The notes under the pieces are model-generated. The model worked only from the letters and a program-made list of their open reading frames with translations. It was not told where the DNA came from and ran no database searches. Position numbers and translations under genes: made by a program. A DNA stretch of 64,000 nucleotides from an uncultured delta proteobacterium. Its GTDB lineage: Bacteria > Bdellovibrionota > FAC87 > UBA2466. Positions 28,917 to 38,879 of the stretch are shown piece after piece (within the stretch, counting starts at the first letter, position 1; every line of letters begins with the position of its first letter). The stretch covers positions 2,624,001-2,688,000 of the forward strand of contig CAVZSV010000004.1 in the NCBI GenBank assembly GCA_963778115.1. Direction: 5' to 3'.

Positions 28917-30071
28917 ATGACTGGAGAACTGGATTCCATTGTATTCGATCTCGACGGAACTCTCTGGGATACCTGCGCCACATGTGCGGTAGCATGGAAC
29001 CGCGTTAAAAAGCGTAACAACATCCCTTTTCGAGACGTTTCTGCGGAGGATGTTCGAAGCGTAACAGGTTTGGCCCATGAGAAGTGTATTAGGCAGGTCT
29101 TTCAAGGACTTTCAGAACGAGAACTGAAAGTCCTCATCGAGGAAACCCAGACTGAGGATAATATCGCGGTTGCAGAGCTGGGAGGAAACCTATATCCGGG
29201 AGTTTCGGAGGGACTACTTAGTCTGAGTGAAGCGCTCCCCATCTTCATAGTGAGCAATTGTCAATCCGGTTACATTGAACAGTTTTTGGAGATGCATCGC
29301 TTTACTAAATATTTTCGGGATTTCGAATGTTGGGGAAACACGGGGCACTCAAAATCGGAAAACCTTAAAAACCTTATCAAGCGCAATCAATTAAAGTCTC
29401 CGGTTTTCGTCGGCGATACTAAGGGGGACGAAAAGGCAGCTATCGATAATGGAATTCCATTCTGGCACGTCACCTACGGCTTCGGGGATTGTGATAGCTT
29501 TGCAGCTCAATTCCGTGAATTTCCTGATTTGGTTCAACATACCATTACGAGTGTTAAGTTCAGAATGGAAGAAATACTCGCGACCGATTCTCTTCGACTG
29601 AACGAAATAGGGAAATTTCGGCTTGAGGTTTGGAGAGAAGAAACAGAGGTAAATGAATCGTTGTTTCCAGACGGGATTTGGATTGAGCCTTTGGACTACG
29701 AGGCAAGACACTGGATTGTCAGGGATGCGGAAGGAATAGTCGCTTCCGCCAGACTTACGATACATCCCACGTTGGCGGAAAATCCCGACGGGTATCTCCT
29801 TATCCGAGCCAGTATGTCTGCCCCCATTCCAGCGGCCCATCTATGCAAGCTTGTTGTTCACAAACGAGCTAGGGGCAACGGGGTCGGAGACCAATTGAAT
29901 AAGGTTCGTATAGATGCTGCAAAAAAGATGGGTGCGAAGAGCATCATCGTAACAGCATCGGAGGGAAATAGTCGCCTGTTACACCGTGTGGGATTTACAG
30001 ATACGGGAATTAGAGAAACCTTCCCAAATCGACCTGGCTTCGAATTCAAAGCCATGCGATTAGATTTTTGA
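28917..30071 (+). CDS. HAD hydrolase-GNAT fusion
   Basis: 'FDLDGTLWD', 'VSNC', 'FVGD' then GNAT 'KLVVHKRARGNGVG'; ATG 28917 preferred. Confidence 0.8.
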   Translation: MTGELDSIVFDLDGTLWDTCATCAVAWNRVKKRNNIPFRDVSAEDVRSVTGLAHEKCIRQVFQGLSERELKVLIEETQTEDNIAVAELGGNLYPGVSEGLLSLSEALPIFIVSNCQSGYIEQFLEMHRFTKYFRDFECWGNTGHSKSENLKNLIKRNQLKSPVFVGDTKGDEKAAIDNGIPFWHVTYGFGDCDSFAAQFREFPDLVQHTITSVKFRMEEILATDSLRLNEIGKFRLEVWREETEVNESLFPDGIWIEPLDYEARHWIVRDAEGIVASARLTIHPTLAENPDGYLLIRASMSAPIPAAHLCKLVVHKRARGNGVGDQLNKVRIDAAKKMGAKSIIVTASEGNSRLLHRVGFTDTGIRETFPNRPGFEFKAMRLDF

Positions 30072-30149
30072 AGGCTTCATGAAGATAGAAAACGTGGCAA
30101 TATGGATCCTTTTCCTTGCAGAGAAAAAATTCGATGAGATTATGGGCGA

Positions 30150-30671
30150 ATGAATCCTAAAGAGCTGTCCTTTCGGCCTCTTCAAGAGTCAGACTTCACT
30201 CTTCTCCAACGGTGGCTTGTGAGCCCTCACGTTCGAAAGTGGTGGCATGAACCGCTCGAACTTGAAGGCGTCATTGCTAAGTATGGACCAAGAGTCAATG
30301 GCTCCGAACCGACACATGTTTATATAATTGAAAATGTGAAACGTCCCATTGGCTGGATTCAATGGTATCGCTGGAGTGATTACCCCGATCATTCGCGACA
30401 GATAGGGGCATCCAGCGACTCGGCTGGGATTGATCTAGCTATTGGAGAAGAAAGTGCGCTTGGGTTCGGGCTCGGAGCAACAGTCATTCAGCAATTCATA
30501 CTGCGTTTCATCTTCGTTGACCCGAGTATTGTTGCTGTCATAACTGATCCTCAGGAAGAAAATGTTCGGTCCAGACGCGCCTTCGAAAAAGCTGGGTTTC
30601 GACCAATGCAAACCGTGGTATTGAGGGACGAAACCTTTAAGCGAACAATCATTCGGCTTGATCGGAATTAG
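30150..30671 (+). CDS. GNAT acetyltransferase (AAC(6')-Ib-like fold)
   Basis: 'WLVSPHVRKWW', 'GIDLAIGE', 'TDPQEENVRSRRAFEKAGF'. Confidence 0.85.
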   Translation: MNPKELSFRPLQESDFTLLQRWLVSPHVRKWWHEPLELEGVIAKYGPRVNGSEPTHVYIIENVKRPIGWIQWYRWSDYPDHSRQIGASSDSAGIDLAIGEESALGFGLGATVIQQFILRFIFVDPSIVAVITDPQEENVRSRRAFEKAGFRPMQTVVLRDETFKRTIIRLDRN

Positions 30672-30675
30672 CTTT

Positions 30676-31512
30676 CTAAAATTTTGAGGCATGTCGTAAG
30701 AGAATTTCCGAAACTTGAATGGCTAAGCGCGGGTCTTGCTGATCCTCTAAAGACCAGCAAGCGCTTAGACAGCCATGAACAAATCCAAACGCCAACAGCC
30801 GACTGACATCAACTTTCATTTTTGTAGCCAGTGCCTTGGCAACATTTAACACCCGATACTCATCGGTGATAAGTTGGGGTAAATGGGGGTTAAAAAATGT
30901 GTTAGCGGCATCGTACGTTCGCTCACCGTAGATGCCTTTTGGATTTATCGCCAGCCAACCTCTCGCTTTGCTAAATAGAACATTCTGATGATGCATGTCA
31001 CCATGGAGAATAACTTTCTCCCTTTCATCCGATAAAAGCCGCTTCGCCACTTCGACTGCTCTTCCAAACAGATTGGTCGCCTTAGGAGCTGCTTTTTCCG
31101 ACTCCATCTTGAACAGCGATGAAAATCGATCTCGCAGAGAGAGAAACTCGTCTGACTTTGTCGTCTGAGCCTCATGAAGTGCATTTAGGGTGTCAGCTAT
31201 AATGGAAGTTGCCTCGACTTCTTTACCCTCTTTTACCATTCCCGTAAGGTCTGGGCCCTCGGCAAATTCCAGGAGGTGGGCATGTTCATCTGCGTTCAGC
31301 AGGCGAATGGCACCACGCCCCGAGTAAGCCCTCAATGCCGCGGCACCGGATTTTTCATCTGCCTGTCCTAGTGGAGTAAAGACTTTTAGGATGGCTTTGC
31401 CTTCTTCGATGGAGACTTCAAAAACATTAGCTACGGGACTTCTTGAGATCTCTCTTGGACGGGAGAGATTCCAGCTTCTGCAGTAGCTATCTACGACGGG
31501 TGATTGTTTCAC
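30676..31512 (-). CDS. APH(6)-like aminoglycoside/hydroxyurea kinase
   Basis: 'LHGDMHHQNVL', 'GWLAINPKG', 'GERTYD.AN'. Confidence 0.85.
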   Translation of the reverse strand: MKQSPVVDSYCRSWNLSRPREISRSPVANVFEVSIEEGKAILKVFTPLGQADEKSGAAALRAYSGRGAIRLLNADEHAHLLEFAEGPDLTGMVKEGKEVEATSIIADTLNALHEAQTTKSDEFLSLRDRFSSLFKMESEKAAPKATNLFGRAVEVAKRLLSDEREKVILHGDMHHQNVLFSKARGWLAINPKGIYGERTYDAANTFFNPHLPQLITDEYRVLNVAKALATKMKVDVSRLLAFGFVHGCLSACWSLEDQQDPRLAIQVSEILLRHASKF

Positions 31513-31561
31513 GAACGTGAATCCTCATTTTCGACGGCTTTTTTTTGCGTGCTATCGTCTT

Positions 31562-32077
31562 TCATACCTCGGCCCGCGAATAGAATATCGTATTGCAGAA
31601 ACTGGTAAGCTGGGACAGAGAGGAGATCCATACAATTTCTTTCGTGCCTTTAGCCTCACGGATTACTCGAACTATTTTTGGGCGCGTCATTGTGGGGAAA
31701 CGCCAAATAATTTGTGCGAGCCTGGGTAGTACGCTGAACTCTGGACATCCAAGCGGGACTTCACGTCTTTGTATGAAAAGATATCGCAAGGATCTTTGAA
31801 GTGCCCGGTAGAAGCAATACGGCCTTGGAAAATCTAGGAATACAATCGTATCAGCACTTTCGAGTACGCGCGTCGACACACCATCAATAATCCACCGGTC
31901 CCTCGAGAGGATGGGCATGAGCAACCTCTCCACCTCTTCCTTGGGAGTGGACACCCAACCAGACTGCCGCACAAATTGATCCAAATGAAATAGCGGAAGG
32001 CCCGACCTCGCCGCAAGCTTCCGGGCGAGTGTGGTTTTTCCTGAACCTGCGTTTCCCGTGACAATGATCCTTTTCAT
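31562..32077 (-). CDS. P-loop kinase, FlaR/topology modulation-like
   Basis: 'GNAGSGKTTLA', 'WIIDG', 'ADTIVFLD'. Confidence 0.8.
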   Translation of the reverse strand: MKRIIVTGNAGSGKTTLARKLAARSGLPLFHLDQFVRQSGWVSTPKEEVERLLMPILSRDRWIIDGVSTRVLESADTIVFLDFPRPYCFYRALQRSLRYLFIQRREVPLGCPEFSVLPRLAQIIWRFPTMTRPKIVRVIREAKGTKEIVWISSLSQLTSFCNTIFYSRAEV

Positions 32078-32641
32078 TTAAGTACAACTTTTCTTGGGAG
32101 AGGTGTTGGCCAGCCCAATGGCACCGAGTTCCCCCTCTCGAAATCCGTTACTTCTCAATACTTCGACGATGAAAGCTGTCTTGCCCTCAATGTAATCATC
32201 TATCGAGTTGGGAAATTTCGCTGCTAGCGCTTTCTTGAGTTCCGAATACCCGTTTCGGAGGGTAGTATCCTTTCGCAGTGAATCACGCAGAGCCAGGTGA
32301 TTCCTCAAAGAAACACAGTCCATCAGACAAACGTATAGGTTATGGGAGACGTCACTTGGAGGGTTAGTAAAGGCTTCTCTTCCTTCAATACCGAGATTAC
32401 CCCTGTGTATGTATCCTATTTCTCGAAGATTACCAACTGCACGAGTTACATCGTTGGGGGACGCAACCACAATGTCTATATCGATTACTGGCTTCGCCGC
32501 CAACCCAGGTACGGAAGTACTTCCGACATGCTCTATGCTAATTGCAAATTCAGCGACGTGAGGCCAAATGATGTCACTCAATCTTTTGAAAAACAGCGGC
32601 CAGGATAGATCGTATTCAGTTACCAGAACAGGCGTGGTCAC
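32078..32641 (-). CDS. GrpB family nucleotidyltransferase-like protein
   Basis: 'IEHVGSTSVPGLAAKPVIDIDI', 'YSELKK', 'YIEGK'; probable GTG start overlapping the upstream stop. Confidence 0.88.
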   Translation of the reverse strand: MTTPVLVTEYDLSWPLFFKRLSDIIWPHVAEFAISIEHVGSTSVPGLAAKPVIDIDIVVASPNDVTRAVGNLREIGYIHRGNLGIEGREAFTNPPSDVSHNLYVCLMDCVSLRNHLALRDSLRKDTTLRNGYSELKKALAAKFPNSIDDYIEGKTAFIVEVLRSNGFREGELGAIGLANTSPKKSCT

Positions 32642-33012
32642 GAGTGGAGGCTCTGTGGAAAAATTGGTTTCAGAAAGTTGCGTTCGTAGCTGGAAAAACA
32701 CTTTGTTTCGTTGAACCTTTCAGTAGTCGTCTTGCAACGGTCGTCTTTGGAAACCCCTTCTCGATAAGAATCATAAGTTTCCAGGTCGGGAAAACTAAAT
32801 AAAGCATAGGCAACATTGTCAGGGCCGTTCTTTCCTAGACCAGGGAAACTGAAGGTCGCGTCCGGAAACGTTTCTGTATGTGTGCCTGGCACGAAATAAC
32901 CATGGTGCGTTCCCCCATAGTCTTCAATCAAGGAAATCCCAGACCGGGCATATTCCTCGAATTCACTCAACTTATTTGGGTCAACCACGTATCGGATGCA
33001 ACAAGTAAACAT
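32638..33012 (-). CDS. NIPSNAP family protein
   Basis: 'TCCIRYVVDP', 'GGTHHGYF', 'ALFSFPDLETYDSYR', 'YERNFLKP'. Confidence 0.8.
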   Translation of the reverse strand: MFTCCIRYVVDPNKLSEFEEYARSGISLIEDYGGTHHGYFVPGTHTETFPDATFSFPGLGKNGPDNVAYALFSFPDLETYDSYREGVSKDDRCKTTTERFNETKCFSSYERNFLKPIFPQSLHS

Positions 33013-33069
33013 TTTATCTCTCCAAACGTTCACGCTAGCCGTTTATTATAACTAAGAACGATCATGAAT

Positions 33070-33936
33070 TTACCCAATCTCGAAGCTGGTTATTCCGAAA
33101 ACTCGATCGATGGGAAGATCGGGTTGTTCTTTTGTGTACATTCGTGCTGTCTCGAAGACAGGTTTCATTTTGTAGCGCTTCACTAAGTCTAGCGCGGACT
33201 CATTCACACCTGGGGGATCGAGAAACACGGGTCTATCTCCTGCCTCGGACATTGCAGCTGCAAATAATTTTTCAGCAATGGCAGGAGAATTCGCAACCAG
33301 TGGACCAATTTTAAATCCTTCGACGCACGGACGGAGGACCGTATATCCGGAGAGTTCCTTTCCAGATAAGTGAGCGAAGGCAGCTCCTTCCGGCTGCTGT
33401 ATCCAACACTTCAGGAACTCACTGCGAGGAAAGCCGAACGTATCAAGGTCGTATTTGGCCAGCGACTCGAACTGGACCTGAGATATGGGAACAATTCCCG
33501 TTGCGTCAAATCGAATCTTTCCGCCCTGACCACGATAGCGAACATTTTGATAAGCAAGTTTAAATCCCGATTTCTTGTAGTTCTCCTGCTGCGCTACTAC
33601 CCCATCAAGTGCCACGTTGCGTCCGGCAAGATATTTCATGGCTTCATCCCAGATCTGAATTCCATAGCCCTTTCCCCGGAAAGAAGGGGAGACTATATAG
33701 AACCCTATGAACCCAGTCCCATTTGCATAGGCAACCGCAGAAATGCATGCAATGGGCTCTCCTTCGATTTCACCCAGAAAAAATCCTTTGGGATCGGCCG
33801 CGTAATAGCATTGAGCATCTTTCCGTCCTGGGTTCCACCCCTCCTTTGCTGCCCATTCGACAGGAACCCGCAGCTCATCGGGGCGCATTCTCCTAATTCG
33901 ATAGCCTAATGTGTCGCTCGCCATAGCGAGACGCAC
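33070..33936 (-). CDS. Tandem GNAT protein (YitH-like)
   Basis: 'AAKEGWNPG', 'FRGKGYG', 'FKIGPL', 'FETARMY'. Confidence 0.88.
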   Translation of the reverse strand: MRLAMASDTLGYRIRRMRPDELRVPVEWAAKEGWNPGRKDAQCYYAADPKGFFLGEIEGEPIACISAVAYANGTGFIGFYIVSPSFRGKGYGIQIWDEAMKYLAGRNVALDGVVAQQENYKKSGFKLAYQNVRYRGQGGKIRFDATGIVPISQVQFESLAKYDLDTFGFPRSEFLKCWIQQPEGAAFAHLSGKELSGYTVLRPCVEGFKIGPLVANSPAIAEKLFAAAMSEAGDRPVFLDPPGVNESALDLVKRYKMKPVFETARMYTKEQPDLPIDRVFGITSFEIG

Positions 33937-33987
33937 TATATAGAAGGAAAGGACGATTTAGAAGGGCACTGAAACACCAGCTTAGCA

Positions 33988-34192
33988 AGATCATGCACCA
34001 GATTTTCGTGGAACATTTCATGGAACATCTTATCCAATAATAACTACTAACGACCATGAATATCCAAAAGGGAAACTGTGCCGATAATTGTTATGTTTCA
34101 GTGGTTTGTGCGGGAAATCAGCGTCTTAGAAGATCGGGCTGAATGAGATTTCTAATCTGGGGGTTGTTGGTTCAATCCCAACTGGGCCCAGA
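33988..34192 (+). repeat. 205-bp att end, family A copy 2 (includes tRNA fragment copy 4, 34146-34192)
   Basis: Direct repeat of 25911-26115. Confidence 0.95.
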
Positions 34193-34498
34193 ATATTTTC
34201 AAATACTTAGCGAAAACACAAAAAACATTTTGTTCCTTTTTTGTTCCACTCGAAAATTTGGTGGTAGTTTTTGGTCCAGATAAACTCAATGATTTCGTCG
34301 TCTGAGATCGACGCAGAAGACTAGTCATCTGGTGCGCGAATCAAAAGAAGACTCTCGTCCCCAAAGTTTGCACCGGGTTGAAGACAAGTAATAAACCATC
34401 GAAATCGCAGAACATTTTTAATGGAAAAAATTTAACTGAGAACGTACGGTAATTTCTGGCAAGGTACGGTTCGTAATTCGGGAGAATCGACGAGCCCT

Positions 34499-35905
34499 AT
34501 GAGGACGAAACGTCTTAAGGTATTAGCCACGCAGCTAATGTTCCTACCGATCTGTGCCATCGCATCACCAATTACGAAAGATACGTCTTCCCCGCAAATC
34601 GTCTGCGGATCTCTTGCAAAAGAGGAAGCAGCGCGATCCGATCGTGCGTTCGCCAAAGCGTTTGAGATCTCAGACATCGGGTCCATCAACATATTAGATC
34701 ATGACCAGTGGCATTTTCAGATTCCGATGGGTCCGGCTACTCCCGAAAAAATAGAGGAAATCGAGCGGGTGGTGAACTTTGCTAATAAGCGGTTTGAAAG
34801 AAGAGGATGGTCCGAAAAGTTTCGAGGAAAACGACTGCGAAGTGCTAGGAAATTCGCGGAACGCTCCGCTTACTTTTACACCATGAATCAGACAGACATT
34901 ACCGGTTCGATCGGTCTAACCGTCGCTAAGTACTCAAGTCGAGATTCAATACTCGAAATACTTCCAATGGAAGACACCCCTGTAGACGATACCCCCGGAT
35001 GGAAGCTCGATCGCCCCCTAACAAGCAACGGAAAGGGCATCATTTTTGAGATGAGAACGTATGGCATGGACGAAGACGCCAACGGAGATCCCTTTCGATC
35101 ACTATGGCCAAGAACCTACCTCATTATGAAACGAGAGCTTTCTGATTATCCAGAACTGTGGGATCAAGAGATCGTCTATACTTACGGCGACGATACCTCA
35201 ATTCGAATGTATCGACTTAGGGGGTTCAGATTGGCTGATCCCTCTATTCATCCTCCTATTCAAGATGAGGATGGCAGAGTCTGGCACGTATTGGTTTCTT
35301 CGCCGAAAAAGATGCTTGAGAGTTTCTTGAGTAGAATTGACTATCCTCTAGTGGTAGGAGGATTCAAAAATCCGATTTCATTTGTCACGGGTACCGGGGA
35401 TAAATTTATCGCAGACAACGCGAGCCAAATTTACCTCTACGGAGTTAAAGCTCCGAAGTCCTTTACGCTCTTTGAGCACGCCGAGGTTAAACCAGGCATT
35501 TGGGCGGGCAAAGGCTCCAAGATTGCTTTCTATCCATCTGGAAAAGTAGAAGGGATTTCGCGACTCGATACCACCACGGAAGTGTTGCCCGGACTGTTCG
35601 TCAAACAGGGAAGTTTCATTGCCTTTTACGAAAATGGAACGATCCGAAGGATTAATGGCGTGGCCAGAGAATATCCGATTACCACCGAATCGGGAATTCA
35701 ACTCTCAAGGGAGTTGATAAGTCACTTTGGTGCCATCAAAGATCTCAGAAATCGCGTAGAGTTAATGGTCATCGAAGAGGGGAGTCGTCTTATCTTTGAT
35801 GAAGAGGGAAAACTCACCTTATATCTTGGTCCCGGTTACCGGGATTATGGGCTTCAAGAGGCTATTTACGCACGCCAGCAACATGATAACAGAGCTCGAA
35901 AGTAG
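34499..35905 (+). CDS. Exported hypothetical protein
   Basis: 468 aa, signal-like N-terminus, internal repeat 'EVxPGxxxxxGSxIAFYxxG'. Confidence 0.65.
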   Translation: MRTKRLKVLATQLMFLPICAIASPITKDTSSPQIVCGSLAKEEAARSDRAFAKAFEISDIGSINILDHDQWHFQIPMGPATPEKIEEIERVVNFANKRFERRGWSEKFRGKRLRSARKFAERSAYFYTMNQTDITGSIGLTVAKYSSRDSILEILPMEDTPVDDTPGWKLDRPLTSNGKGIIFEMRTYGMDEDANGDPFRSLWPRTYLIMKRELSDYPELWDQEIVYTYGDDTSIRMYRLRGFRLADPSIHPPIQDEDGRVWHVLVSSPKKMLESFLSRIDYPLVVGGFKNPISFVTGTGDKFIADNASQIYLYGVKAPKSFTLFEHAEVKPGIWAGKGSKIAFYPSGKVEGISRLDTTTEVLPGLFVKQGSFIAFYENGTIRRINGVAREYPITTESGIQLSRELISHFGAIKDLRNRVELMVIEEGSRLIFDEEGKLTLYLGPGYRDYGLQEAIYARQQHDNRARK

Positions 35906-36515
35906 ACGCCAAGAGCTCATCGTTAAAGTTGCGGCTCTGGTCCTCCGTCAATGTGTTTACGAAATAACTCAGAATTAAAGCCTGGATCATTTTTGCTTTC
36001 ATTAGGGGAGAAGTCGGGGGAGTGGCGTTTCTCGAACTAATTTCCTTAAGCAACGCGGTAATGCGCTCTTCCCCCTGCGATACAAACTCTGTGTTTAGCT
36101 TTCGATATTTCTTAGCGATGCTGCAATTGTAGTAAAACAGAAGCCATAATTTTGCGTCTTGCGGGGTTACCTTTGGCCAGGAACAGGCGGCTTCAAGGTA
36201 GGCCTTTAATCGATCCTGCGGGGTGCTTTTCTCAGCGATGGCGTCCACACACAGCTTCTGATATTTTGCGCGGACAAATCGCATCGCGATTAGAATCAGC
36301 TCTTCTCGATCGGGAAAATAATGCTGAACGAGAGCCCTACTTATTCCACAGGCCTTAGCTAGCGACTCGTGATTAGTTGCGGCAACACCTCGGGTAGCAA
36401 GTTCGGTGATGGCAGTTTCGATGATCTGAATCTTTCGTCGGTCAGATTTCGTCGGCCTCTTAGGGAAAAATTCCTCGAAAATAGTAAAGTGAATCGCTTT
36501 ACGACCATTTTTCAT
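35862..36515 (-). CDS. TetR family regulator
   Basis: 'IIETAITELATRG...LAKACGISRALVQHYF'. Confidence 0.88.
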   Translation of the reverse strand: MKNGRKAIHFTIFEEFFPKRPTKSDRRKIQIIETAITELATRGVAATNHESLAKACGISRALVQHYFPDREELILIAMRFVRAKYQKLCVDAIAEKSTPQDRLKAYLEAACSWPKVTPQDAKLWLLFYYNCSIAKKYRKLNTEFVSQGEERITALLKEISSRNATPPTSPLMKAKMIQALILSYFVNTLTEDQSRNFNDELLASTFELCYHVAGVRK

Positions 36516-36589
36516 TTTTAAAATATAACATTTATCATATGTGGTTACAACAACTTATACAATAAAATTGTTATAATTAACAAAAATAG

Positions 36590-37441
36590 TTGTTAAAAAT
36601 AATAATTAAGGTATTCCTGCACCGGATGATGAGCCAGGGAGTAGCTATGGAGTGCAGTTGTATGTTTCTACGGATATTGTTGCTGGTAGGACTACCCACA
36701 TCTTTATGGGCAAATATCACGGAGATATCTCCCAATACCATTCAAGTTACTCGGACCCGAGTCGAGAAAGGACGTCTCGTGGAAGTGCTTGGTGAGAATG
36801 GAAAACCTAAGGTGTGGTTTACCTTCCATCGCCCCAATCTTGAAATTCGTAGAGAGAAAGACATGACCTCGGTTCGTCAAGCCACAAAGCTTATCGTGGA
36901 AACGACTGCGATTGTCCGTTGGGCGAGGCCGGGCGGGGCCTGGGATCCTAAGATCTACCTCGCGCTTCCTTTTGAACCTCTTAGGGAAGTCACGGTTGGT
37001 TCCTCATACTATTTTGATTCGCTAATACGTGAGGAGAACCCAACGGAGGCCCAACTTAACGAGATCGCTAATAGGTCGGATCGGCTTTTAGAGTGGGCAG
37101 ATGAGAAAAACGACATGCATGTTCCGGTCCGTCTTGAAGTAGAAGAGACTTTTATTTTAGGAGAGTCTTATGAGGCTCACTTTCAAGAGAATCATAACAT
37201 CATCACCCTTCCTGGAAACGCCTTCACCGTGTATTGGAACGTCACCGCCACTCTGCCGGATCTCCCATCCGATATCAGCCGTACCTATCGATTTAACCTG
37301 AGTTTGGTCCCAGCAGTAGATTGGGACGATCAGGTCTGGCAACAAGCTCTGAAAGCACTTCCTTGGAAGATCGTCTCATCAAAGTGCGAGCTCGCCTGTT
37401 ACTCGGTAATCGTAAACTCGGGTCAACAAACCCACAAGTAA
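36590..37441 (+). CDS. Exported hypothetical protein (true start probably 36647-36662)
   Basis: Long ORF divergent from tetR; signal-like segment. Confidence 0.6.
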   Translation: MLKIIIKVFLHRMMSQGVAMECSCMFLRILLLVGLPTSLWANITEISPNTIQVTRTRVEKGRLVEVLGENGKPKVWFTFHRPNLEIRREKDMTSVRQATKLIVETTAIVRWARPGGAWDPKIYLALPFEPLREVTVGSSYYFDSLIREENPTEAQLNEIANRSDRLLEWADEKNDMHVPVRLEVEETFILGESYEAHFQENHNIITLPGNAFTVYWNVTATLPDLPSDISRTYRFNLSLVPAVDWDDQVWQQALKALPWKIVSSKCELACYSVIVNSGQQTHK

Positions 37442-37453
37442 GGAGCGCGAAGT

Positions 37454-38839
37454 ATGTTGTTGCACAAAACGTTCTTATCTCGTCGGCACGGGTGGTTTGT
37501 TTTCCGGTTTTTTGGAATGGCTCCCCTCTTAACAGTGGGGTTTGTCTTCCTGTCTTTGGCGGAATGGGCAACGGCGGCAGAGCCTCTCCACCCTGGCTGG
37601 GGCGGGATCTCCATAGAAGAGGATCCCGCTGAGTGGGTACTGCAGCATGCCGACATTGATTTGGATGGAGGGTGTTACGAATTATCGCATGTCTCCTCTT
37701 GTGCGAAGTGGCTCGCGCGAGTCGTCGATCGCACAGCCGGGAGAAACTGTGGCGTAAACCCGGAGGCAAACATTCATCCACATCACCCCAGTTGGACAGA
37801 AATTAAGAAGTTTGATTTAGATCGCCTTCGGACTCGAGCAGTCGGAGACTTAACACGAATGGGGAGGCAAGTGGATTGGGATTTGTATCACCCAGTTCAA
37901 CCGGCGTTTCCACTCATGATGGCCGACTTGATCAATCGCCGAGTTCAGGAGATCCGTTGGCCGCAGGAATCGAGTCGGTCCGTTTTCACGGATGTTCTTA
38001 ACGGAGGAATCGCAGTTAGCGGCCCTATCGTCCTCATCGGGAATTACGGCTGCTATTACGACCATAAAACCTGGGATCGAATCGCCGCGGCAATTGATCG
38101 CCGAGGCTCTAATCTACCGGTTATCTGGTTGCCGAATAATAATAGCGATCTTCGGGTTTTCAGTAGATATCTAGTGGAGAAGGTGATGGTGATTAGAAAG
38201 GCTCTGGCACCAGAGCACCACACTCTGGAAAATGAAGGCAGACTTCATTTTAATACGGATCGCCTCCTCGCGATCGGGGCAGAATCTTTTGAGAATGATA
38301 GCGATTATGGTTTTATTCGCTTCATGCTTCAGAGTGCTATTCATGATGCCCTCAGCTATTCTGATCGAACGCAAGTCGACGTCGAAATTCCTCTAGACTT
38401 ATGGATTCATCGCCCGTGGGAACTTGCTAATGCGCCATTGCAAGATTTCACCCGTATCAATCCTCCTTTTCTTGAGAACCTTGGTTACAAAGGGCTCTTG
38501 GCGCATACCATCGCGGGTTCCATTGCTTTCAGCAAGACGGTATCTCGCGCCCCCGACGAAGCTTCCGAGTATGCGAAATATATTGATGATGAGATCACCC
38601 ATTTTGCCCTCTTACTCTCTGCTCCTTGGAATTACGAAAAATCAGCCCTGGATGGGACTGAGTTTTTAGGTGACATCGAGATTCGTCGGCCCCAACCGGA
38701 TAATAAACTTAGCCTTGAGCGCCTTATCACGTTTAGACGCGCCGATGATAAGCGGGTCAACTTCCGCTTTACGTGCCCTTTCGATGCGGCAAAACTTAAT
38801 GAACTAATCAAAGCAAGGGCTCCGTTTGGTTACCAATGA
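37454..38839 (+). CDS. Hypothetical protein
   Basis: 461-aa ORF, AAGGAG RBS, N-terminal hydrophobic segment. Confidence 0.65.
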   Translation: MLLHKTFLSRRHGWFVFRFFGMAPLLTVGFVFLSLAEWATAAEPLHPGWGGISIEEDPAEWVLQHADIDLDGGCYELSHVSSCAKWLARVVDRTAGRNCGVNPEANIHPHHPSWTEIKKFDLDRLRTRAVGDLTRMGRQVDWDLYHPVQPAFPLMMADLINRRVQEIRWPQESSRSVFTDVLNGGIAVSGPIVLIGNYGCYYDHKTWDRIAAAIDRRGSNLPVIWLPNNNSDLRVFSRYLVEKVMVIRKALAPEHHTLENEGRLHFNTDRLLAIGAESFENDSDYGFIRFMLQSAIHDALSYSDRTQVDVEIPLDLWIHRPWELANAPLQDFTRINPPFLENLGYKGLLAHTIAGSIAFSKTVSRAPDEASEYAKYIDDEITHFALLLSAPWNYEKSALDGTEFLGDIEIRRPQPDNKLSLERLITFRRADDKRVNFRFTCPFDAAKLNELIKARAPFGYQ

Positions 38840-38879
38840 ACGAGGAATTCGTTTTTCGGATTAGAAGTAGCCTTTGATT

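Larger units (their letters stand above)
26114..34190. mobile_element. tRNA-Arg island segment 3 (about 8.1 kb), no integrase
   Basis: Lies between att cores 3 and 4; right end is family A. Confidence 0.72.

Noticed and set aside
28100..33960. Classical integron with attC sites
   Set aside because: No intI, genes lie in both orientations, and I saw no convincing RYYYAAC...GTTRRRY attC hairpins by eye. IntegronFinder would settle it.
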